In this document: one piece after another, positions 57,569 to 64,000 of the stretch
How the letters are laid out: the number at the start of each line of letters is the position of its first letter
Numbering within the stretch: position 1 is the first letter of the stretch
NCBI GenBank assembly: GCA_040403295.1
Contig: JBBAKY010000002.1
Location: forward strand, 474 to 64,473
DNA: 64,000 nucleotides
From: Arcicella sp.
GTDB taxonomy: Bacteria > Bacteroidota > Bacteroidia > Cytophagales > Spirosomataceae
Reading direction: 5' to 3'
Position numbers and translations under genes: made by a program
Notes under the pieces: model-generated
What the model was told of the DNA's origin: nothing
The model's input: the letters and a program-made list of their open reading frames with translations, nothing else
Database searches by the model: none

Positions 57569-58552
57569 ATGCCCATTTTACAATCCTCTTATCTACCTTC
57601 TCGAATTTGGCGAAATCCGCACGTTTCAACCATTTATCCAAGTGCTTTTCGTAAAGTCGAGGGAGTAAATTATATCCGTGAAAAATTAGCCTTATCAGAC
57701 GGGGATTTCTTGGATTTAGATTGGTCAAAATCAGCTGAAAACAATTCAAAACTTGCTATTTTTACGCATGGATTCTTAGGAAATTCAACTCGCCCTTATT
57801 TATTGGGAGGCGTAAAATCCTTTAATTTAGCCAATTACGATGCTTTAGCATGGAATCATCGGGGATTGGGTGGTGAAAACAATCGCTTTGAAAAGATTAC
57901 TACCCATGGTAGTTCTGGAGATTTGGAAGAAGTTATTAATTATGTTTTAGCTCAAGAAAAATACACTGAAATCATCTTAGTTGGCTACAGCAAAGGGGGA
58001 AATATCTCGATGAAATATGCGGGTGAAAAATCGTCAAATATTCCCAAAGAAATCAAAAAAATCATTGCCATTTCATCGCCAACGCATTTACAAGGAAGCG
58101 TCGATGTGATGGGCAAAAAAGGATTTTATACGGAACGTTTTAAATCAAAACTATTAAAATTTTTGTTAAATCGCTCAGATTTAATTGATAGTGAGGCACT
58201 TAAAGATTTTCCTAAATTCAAATATTTGGATGATTTTACGGATAATTATATTGCTCCTCTTCATGGGTTCAAAGATGGACGGGATTATTACGAACAATGT
58301 GCTGCGATGCACGTAGTGGATAAAATCCGAGTACCAACGTTAATTTTGAATGCCAAAAATGACCCGGTTCTGTCGGAAAGTTGTGCGATGTTAGAAGTAG
58401 CGAAAAATTCGGATTATATATTCTCAGAACTGCCAAATCATGGGGGGCATTGTGGTTTTTATCAACCAAATTCCGATGGACTTTATTGGAGTGATACACG
58501 GATGATAGAGTTTGTTGAACAACATGAACGTTTTGGTCAGAATAAAGATTGA
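57569..58552 (+). CDS. YheT-family alpha/beta hydrolase
   Basis: NPHVSTI, DGDFLDLDW, HGFLG, GYSKGGN nucleophile elbow, APLHGF, NAKNDP, GGHCGF. Confidence 0.92.
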   Translation: MPILQSSYLPSRIWRNPHVSTIYPSAFRKVEGVNYIREKLALSDGDFLDLDWSKSAENNSKLAIFTHGFLGNSTRPYLLGGVKSFNLANYDALAWNHRGLGGENNRFEKITTHGSSGDLEEVINYVLAQEKYTEIILVGYSKGGNISMKYAGEKSSNIPKEIKKIIAISSPTHLQGSVDVMGKKGFYTERFKSKLLKFLLNRSDLIDSEALKDFPKFKYLDDFTDNYIAPLHGFKDGRDYYEQCAAMHVVDKIRVPTLILNAKNDPVLSESCAMLEVAKNSDYIFSELPNHGGHCGFYQPNSDGLYWSDTRMIEFVEQHERFGQNKD

Positions 58553-58647
58553 TAACATTCGACTTTGAGTAATACCAGTTGTAAACCAAAAAGCCACTTC
58601 TAAAAAAAGGAATGACTTTTTGGTTTTTACAAATATTATTTTCAATT

Positions 58648-58675
58648 TTGCGTAATCAGTTACGTAATTAGTTAC
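58648..58675. promoter_or_regulatory. Candidate MarR operator: two tandem GTAAnnnnTTAC palindromes
   Basis: GTAATCAGTTAC directly followed by GTAATTAGTTAC, about 70 nt upstream of the MarR gene. Confidence 0.6.
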
Positions 58676-58742
58676 TAAAAAAATTAGGCTATACGAACAT
58701 CAAATAACAAAATCGAACCGAAGCGTCGGTCGCAACGAAAAA

Positions 58743-59225
58743 ATGGATTTATTAATTGAGTTAGGAGCATTAGCCTTTGCCAGTCGCATGAAACGGATGA
58801 GTGAAATTGGTATGCAAAGTGTGGCAGATGTTTATCAATTTTATGGAATTGACTTTGAGGCAAAATACTTTCCATTATTTTATTATTTATCCCAAAAAGA
58901 AGAAGCGAGTATTATGGAAATAGCTGATATTCTAAAAGTTACGCACCCTGGAGTTATTCAAATTGCTAAAGAATTAGAAAAAAAAGGATTAATAATTTCC
59001 AAAAAATCAGCCGAAGATGCCCGAAAACGTAACTTAAAATTATCTAAAAAAGGAAAGATCTTATTACCCAAACTTCAAAAAATTTGGGCGGATGTAAAAG
59101 AAGTAAATACCAACCTTTTTGAATCCAGAAAACATAATATTTTGCTTGCCTTGAAAGAACTTGAAGACGCTTGGGAAGAAAAAAGTTACTTAGAGCGCTT
59201 CAAAGAGTTTCATAAATTAACGTAA
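58743..59225 (+). CDS. MarR family transcriptional regulator
   Basis: ELGALAFASRMKR, SIMEIADILKVTHPGV, DARKR..LS.KG. Confidence 0.92.
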   Translation: MDLLIELGALAFASRMKRMSEIGMQSVADVYQFYGIDFEAKYFPLFYYLSQKEEASIMEIADILKVTHPGVIQIAKELEKKGLIISKKSAEDARKRNLKLSKKGKILLPKLQKIWADVKEVNTNLFESRKHNILLALKELEDAWEEKSYLERFKEFHKLT

Positions 59226-59259
59226 GATAATTTTCCAAAAATCGTAAATCAATAAACAA

Positions 59260-60042
59260 ATGCAATTAAAAATCTATCAATTAGACGCTTTCACCGACAA
59301 AGTTTTTGGTGGAAATCCAGCCGCAGTTATTCCCTTAACCAGATGGCTTTCAGACGAATTAATGCAGAATATTGCTTTAGAAAATAACCTTGCCGAAACC
59401 GCATTTTACGTTCCAGTAGGTGATAGATTTCATATCCGTTGGTTCACACCTACTGTTGAAGTGGATTTGTGCGGACACGCCACTTTGGCAACTTCATATC
59501 AAATTTTTCACTATGAGAATTATTCAAAATCAATCATAGAATTCAATTCAAGAAGTGGCATTTTGAAGGTTGAAAAGCAAGGAGATTTATTAGAATTAGA
59601 CTTTCCGATGGATAAATTACAGCCTGCCGAAACGCCCCAAGCACTGATTGATAGTTTGGGAATAACACCCCGAGAAACATTTAAAGGCTTGACAGATTAT
59701 ATGCTCATTTTTGATTCAGAAGCGCAAATAAAAGCATTCATGCCTGATTTCAGAAAAATGGCAGAGGTTGATTGTCGTGGTGTAATCGTTACGGCAAAAG
59801 GAATTGAGGTGGATTTCGTTTCAAGATTCTTTGGACCCAATTCTGGCGGAGATGAAGATCCTGTAACGGGTTCGGCACATACAAGTCTGACTCCTTATTG
59901 GGCAAAAGTCTTAGGCAAAAACGAATTTAATGCTCGTCAAATTTCAGCAAGAGGCGGTGAATTAGCTTGTAAATTAGTGGGCGAAAGAGTAAAAATTGCG
60001 GGAAAAGTAGCTCCTTATTTAGTGGGAGAGATAAATGTGTAA
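59260..60042 (+). CDS. PhzF family isomerase/epimerase
   Basis: DAFT..FGGNPAAV, ENNLAETAF, RWFTPTVEVDLCGHATLA, EDPVTGSAH. Confidence 0.94.
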   Translation: MQLKIYQLDAFTDKVFGGNPAAVIPLTRWLSDELMQNIALENNLAETAFYVPVGDRFHIRWFTPTVEVDLCGHATLATSYQIFHYENYSKSIIEFNSRSGILKVEKQGDLLELDFPMDKLQPAETPQALIDSLGITPRETFKGLTDYMLIFDSEAQIKAFMPDFRKMAEVDCRGVIVTAKGIEVDFVSRFFGPNSGGDEDPVTGSAHTSLTPYWAKVLGKNEFNARQISARGGELACKLVGERVKIAGKVAPYLVGEINV

Positions 60043-60048
60043 TAAAAA

Positions 60049-60537
60049 ATGACCATGATCACAATACAACCATTTGAAAATCAGGATACTGACCATATCG
60101 TAAACCTGATTTTAAACATACAACAAAACGAGTTTCAAGTACCAATCACTATCAATGAGCAACAAGATTTACTCAACATTCCCAGTTTTTACCAACACGG
60201 AAACGGTAATTTTTGGGTAGCAAAATCTGGTGAAGAAGTGGTGGGAACAATTGCCTTAATTGATTGTGGCGAAAATATTGGTACAATCAGAAAAATGTTC
60301 GTCAAAAAAGAATTCAGAGGAAAAGAATACGGAATTGCCCAAAAATTATTGGATATTTTGGAAGAATCTTCTCGTGAAAACAACATAAAAAACCTTTATC
60401 TTGGCACGCTGGAAAGACTTCAAGCCGCCATTAGGTTTTACGAACGAAACGGATTTACTTTAATTGAAAAACAAAATTTGCCATCTGTTTTTCCTTTAAT
60501 GCCCGTTGATACGCATTTTTTTGAAAAAGAAATTTAG
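60049..60537 (+). CDS. GNAT family N-acetyltransferase
   Basis: IQQNEF, QQDL, GNFWVA, RKMFVKKEFRG, LYLGT, RFYERNGF. Confidence 0.92.
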   Translation: MTMITIQPFENQDTDHIVNLILNIQQNEFQVPITINEQQDLLNIPSFYQHGNGNFWVAKSGEEVVGTIALIDCGENIGTIRKMFVKKEFRGKEYGIAQKLLDILEESSRENNIKNLYLGTLERLQAAIRFYERNGFTLIEKQNLPSVFPLMPVDTHFFEKEI

Positions 60538-60547
60538 AAAAACACTG

Positions 60548-60569
60548 GTTCAAGTCTCCAGACTTGAAC
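60548..60569. repeat. Short REP-like palindrome
   Basis: GTTCAAGTCT-CC-AGACTTGAAC perfect. Confidence 0.7.
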
Positions 60570-60602
60570 ATTACTGAGCCTTCAGGCTTAAACGAAAAAA
60601 TC

Positions 60603-61064
60603 ATGGAAAAATCAATACAAATCTTTGAATATCAGGAAGTTTACAAAGAAGACTTCAAAAGAATCAACGTTGAATGGATTGAAAAATTCTTCACCGTTGA
60701 ACCTCATGATTTAGAGCAATTGGACGACCCTCAAAGTATTATTAATGAAGGTGGACAAATTTATTTCGCCAAATTAGGAGAAGAAATTGTGGGAACTGCC
60801 GCCCTTGTTCACGATGGAAACAATGACTATGAACTGGCTAAAATGGGCGTTTCTCCCAATGCACAGGGCTTAGGTTTGGGCAAAAAACTTTGTATAGTAG
60901 CCATTGAAGAAGCAAAAAAACGCAAAGCAAAATCATTGTATTTACGTTCAAATCGTTCCCTTACACCCGCAATTTCCATGTATTTAAGCGTTGGATTTGT
61001 GGAAGTTCCTTTGGATGCTTCCCATTATAAAAGAGCAAATATAAAAATGGATTATCCGTTATGA
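60603..61064 (+). CDS. GNAT family N-acetyltransferase
   Basis: FKRINVEWIEKFF.VEPHD, ELAKMGV, QGLGLG, LRSNRSLTPAISMY, YKRANIKM; ATG at 60603. Confidence 0.92.
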   Translation: MEKSIQIFEYQEVYKEDFKRINVEWIEKFFTVEPHDLEQLDDPQSIINEGGQIYFAKLGEEIVGTAALVHDGNNDYELAKMGVSPNAQGLGLGKKLCIVAIEEAKKRKAKSLYLRSNRSLTPAISMYLSVGFVEVPLDASHYKRANIKMDYPL

Positions 61065-62170
61065 TAGACGACCTCATACAAAAAATTGTATATTTACAAG
61101 ATACCGCCAATCGAAAATACTTCCCAAAAGGCATTTTTGAGTCGTATCGAAGTAATAAATACCTTCACTATCAGCGCCCAGATACGAATGTTTTTTTTAC
61201 AGCAATTACCGTTTTTACACTCAATAATATCAAGGAATTTTTATCGCCTGAATCGCAAATGTTAGTTGAACAAATTACTAAAAAAGCTGTTCGTAGTTAC
61301 CCATTATTCAAGAATAAAGATGGATTAAATACGTATAATTTCTTTCAAACAAATCCTTCGCAACACTTTCCACACGGTAACATTCTGCACCGTTTCAATC
61401 ACTTCAAAATTCCCGATGATATTGATGACACAGCCATGATTTACATGACGCTTCCGCATACAAAAGAAGAAGCTAAGTGGCTACAAACCAAATTAATAAG
61501 TCATTCAAATAACTATAGAAATGAAATAAAAAACGTTTTCCCAGCATACAAAAATCTGAAAGCTTATTCAACGTGGTTTGGCAAAGACATGTACATAGAA
61601 TTTGACGCTTGTGCTTTGTCAAATATGCTTTATTGCCTATTATCTTTCGGTCTGGAATTAGACGAATACGGGCATGATTCTGTAAAATATATTCAACAAA
61701 TTATTCTTACAAATCAACACATTGAACAACCTTTTCGGGTGGCTCATCAATACGCCCGCACGCCACTGATTATGTACCATGTCATGCGACTGATGAATAA
61801 ATTTCACATTTCCGAATTAGAAATTTGTCGTGAAAAATTAGAAGCAGACATTTTGTATTATTTAAAGAATAAGGGTTTGGAAATAATGGATAGAATTTTG
61901 TTAGAAATTGCTCTCGGACGAGTTGTCTGTGAGGACACATACAACGGCATAAATAGTAAAACCAATATAAATAAAAACGACGTCAAGATTCCTAATCTTA
62001 ACGTCGTTGATACAAATTCTCCATTTTTTATCGCTGGCCTTTTAACGGCCTACGAAAATCCGATACTTTATAAAATCTCATCTTCTAAACTATTCCATAT
62101 AAACTGGACTTGTGAAGCCCATTCCTTGGCTTTATTAGCAGAATGGATGGTTGCTACTTCAAAAACGTAG
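61061..62170 (+). CDS. Hypothetical protein with DxDDTA motif (terpene cyclase/prenyltransferase-like alpha-alpha toroid suspected)
   Basis: IPDDIDDTAM, AYSTWFG, DACALSN; ATGA overlap with the upstream GNAT gene. Confidence 0.7.
   Translation: MIDDLIQKIVYLQDTANRKYFPKGIFESYRSNKYLHYQRPDTNVFFTAITVFTLNNIKEFLSPESQMLVEQITKKAVRSYPLFKNKDGLNTYNFFQTNPSQHFPHGNILHRFNHFKIPDDIDDTAMIYMTLPHTKEEAKWLQTKLISHSNNYRNEIKNVFPAYKNLKAYSTWFGKDMYIEFDACALSNMLYCLLSFGLELDEYGHDSVKYIQQIILTNQHIEQPFRVAHQYARTPLIMYHVMRLMNKFHISELEICREKLEADILYYLKNKGLEIMDRILLEIALGRVVCEDTYNGINSKTNINKNDVKIPNLNVVDTNSPFFIAGLLTAYENPILYKISSSKLFHINWTCEAHSLALLAEWMVATSKT
61922..62008. repeat. Two REP-like palindromes located in frame within a CDS
   Basis: GTTGTCTGTG-AGGA-CACATACAAC (61922-61945) and AACGACGTCAAGATT-CCT-AATCTTAACGTCGTT (61976-62008). 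Confidence 0.75.
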
Positions 62171-62809
62171 AAGGATTTCCAGTAATAGTAACTTCACAAC
62201 TATCCCCCAAAATAATATTTTTAGCAAGAATGTTCGAGTAGTTAAGATTCAAGATAGAGTGCTTCGGCAAAGTAAGATTCAATAGCTTTATCTCACTCTC
62301 TTTCATCGAAATTTCCGTTTTTTCTTTACTCTTAATATCTACTTTATCAAAATGACATTTTCTAAACTCAACGCTACTATTTTTAAGTGATGTTATGACA
62401 AAATCTCCTGATTGAAAAGTGCTATCAATGTAAATGGGCGTACCATCTTGATAATTTAATCTAAGCTTTTTAGTAATCGACATGGTGGGTAATTGGGGCG
62501 TATAAATCGTTACATTTCCAATATCTCCAATTCTCAAGTTAGCCATATCTCCTTGATAATCAATACGAAGCGAATCTTTATCTGTTTTATTCAGGACAAT
62601 TTCATATTTTTCACCATGCTTAAAAGTTACATACGAAGTATAAAAAAGATTCAAGTATTTCATGGCTTTTAAGTCGATTCTCAATTCATTTGCCAACGGA
62701 TTTGCTAAGGCTTTTTGATACGCTCCACGCATCACAAAAGCGTAAGAAAATATTCCCAAAAAACGATACAAATTCCAGTACCGATTAATAATTTATTTGA
62801 TGTTTTCAT
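62154..62809 (-). pseudogene. Membrane-anchored beta-helix-like protein with a 1-nt frameshift at A6 62758-62763
   Basis: ATG at 62809 gives MKTSNKLLIGTGICIVF then goes out of frame; one more T joins it to LGIFSYAFVMRGAY of ORF 62154-62771. Confidence 0.7.
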
Positions 62810-62827
62810 ATTATTTTCTGTTAAACG

Positions 62828-63190
62828 TTAAACTGCCTTAAACTCCTCGAATCTATCTTTTAATTCCTTGAAATCAATTCCCAATAATTGAATATTCTTG
62901 AAAAATAACGGCAAATCGTTCTGTAAAAAATCATCCTTTTTGAAAGCCATTACTTTCTCCACCGCTTCATCCGAAACAAAATATCCCATACCTCTTTTCG
63001 TGAAAATAATATCTTTTTGCTGGAGGAATTCCACGGTTCTTGCCACCGTATTTGGATTAACTTCTAATTGTACTGCCAACTCACGGACGGATGGAATTTT
63101 GTCACCCACCGCCCATTGTTTCAGCAGGATACGCTCGCAAATAAACTCGGCTATTTGGAGGTATATCGCTTTATTGTCTCTAAATTCCAT
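62828..63190 (-). CDS. GntR family regulator (YtrA-like)
   Basis: AIYLQIAE, IPSVRELAVQLEVNPNTV, KRGMGYFV. Confidence 0.95.
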   Translation of the reverse strand: MEFRDNKAIYLQIAEFICERILLKQWAVGDKIPSVRELAVQLEVNPNTVARTVEFLQQKDIIFTKRGMGYFVSDEAVEKVMAFKKDDFLQNDLPLFFKNIQLLGIDFKELKDRFEEFKAV

Positions 63191-63194
63191 CGCT

Positions 63195-63992
63195 TTATAC
63201 TTGTTTTTCTTTAAGTTTGAAATATGCAGTTACCAAAAGAATTAGTGGTAAAACATATATTAAAATAACCCTAAAGATATTACTAAAATTGTCTTTGGTC
63301 GGTTTAAGTAACTCCCGACTGTATCCCTTATTTTGAAATTGTTGAGTAATATCATTAAGGAATAATTTGTTACTTAAATACGCAATAATCCCAATTAAAA
63401 ACAGCAATGCAAAGCCCATAAAAGCTGTTTTAATGTAGGACCGACCTTCAAATTGAGCCGCACCCATCAAAACAAATGTTTGAATAACCAGCCAAAATCC
63501 AATAATTTCTCTACCCATTTCCCTTATATTTTTACTATTGAGGATAAAAGTATGAAGTTGGATATTTTTTACTGCTGGTACTTTTAATCCATCTTTTATG
63601 TTATTCCCAATCGTCACAAACCCCAAATCAACCACATAAAATAAGGACAAAAACACGATTGGGAGAAGGATAAAAGCATAAAATACGCCCGCTAAAAATT
63701 TCTCAAAATGAGAGGCAGGCACTAATAAAAAACTCGTACCACTATTCTTGTCTGAAAGGTCTTTAAATACGTAATTCGTCATGACTGAACCTCCAAAATA
63801 AAAGCTAAGCAGAAATATTGAAAACCTTGCGGTTGTATCAATATAACCATACTCCCACCTCATTATTAGAGAATTTATTACGACTAAAATTCCCATTATT
63901 GCAAAACTCGCCATCAAAAAGAGTTTTTTATTTTCAACCCATTGCCGGTTAATGAGCAAGGAGAAACGATTAAAATCAAAAGTATTATTCAT
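63195..63992 (-). CDS. ABC transporter permease-like membrane protein
   Basis: MNNTFDFNRF, FLLVPASHFEKF, about 6 TMs, C-terminal YFKLKEKQV; adjacent to the GntR gene. Confidence 0.8.
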   Translation of the reverse strand: MNNTFDFNRFSLLINRQWVENKKLFLMASFAIMGILVVINSLIMRWEYGYIDTTARFSIFLLSFYFGGSVMTNYVFKDLSDKNSGTSFLLVPASHFEKFLAGVFYAFILLPIVFLSLFYVVDLGFVTIGNNIKDGLKVPAVKNIQLHTFILNSKNIREMGREIIGFWLVIQTFVLMGAAQFEGRSYIKTAFMGFALLFLIGIIAYLSNKLFLNDITQQFQNKGYSRELLKPTKDNFSNIFRVILIYVLPLILLVTAYFKLKEKQV

Positions 63993-64000
63993 GTTATTTT

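Noticed and set aside
59260-60042. Phenazine biosynthesis cluster
   Set aside because: It is a lone PhzF-family gene with no phzA/B/D/E/G homologues.

Overview
AT-rich window from a Bacteroidota chromosome; the gene content suggests Cytophagales (inference from T9SS cargo proteins, TAnnTTTG promoter boxes and gene families). It is mostly housekeeping and catabolic genes: uxaA, uxaC-exuT-GH105, GH106, GH3, lgt, miaA, htpG, a TatD nuclease, a three-gene lysine-catabolic operon, peptidoglycan-peptide recycling genes, two T9SS cargo proteins, a MarR-PhzF-GNAT-GNAT operon and the start of a GntR-led membrane protein operon. The most interesting block is a signalling island at about 27.2-37.1 kb. 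It has three paralogous histidine kinases (one broken), a split FAD lactone oxidase, and a secreted protein ending in CPPFNC followed by an orphan multi-TM protein, a kinase, a CheY-like receiver and a receiver-adenylate/guanylate cyclase. This looks like an undescribed peptide-signal/receptor system. Other highlights are a stand-alone DxDDTA (class II terpene cyclase motif) protein carrying in-frame palindromic repeats, many REP/MITE-like palindromes, four single-base homopolymer frameshifts (possibly assembly errors) and two nonsense lesions. I saw no rRNA, tRNA, CRISPR array, integrase or transposase. All family assignments are from motif recognition, not database searches.
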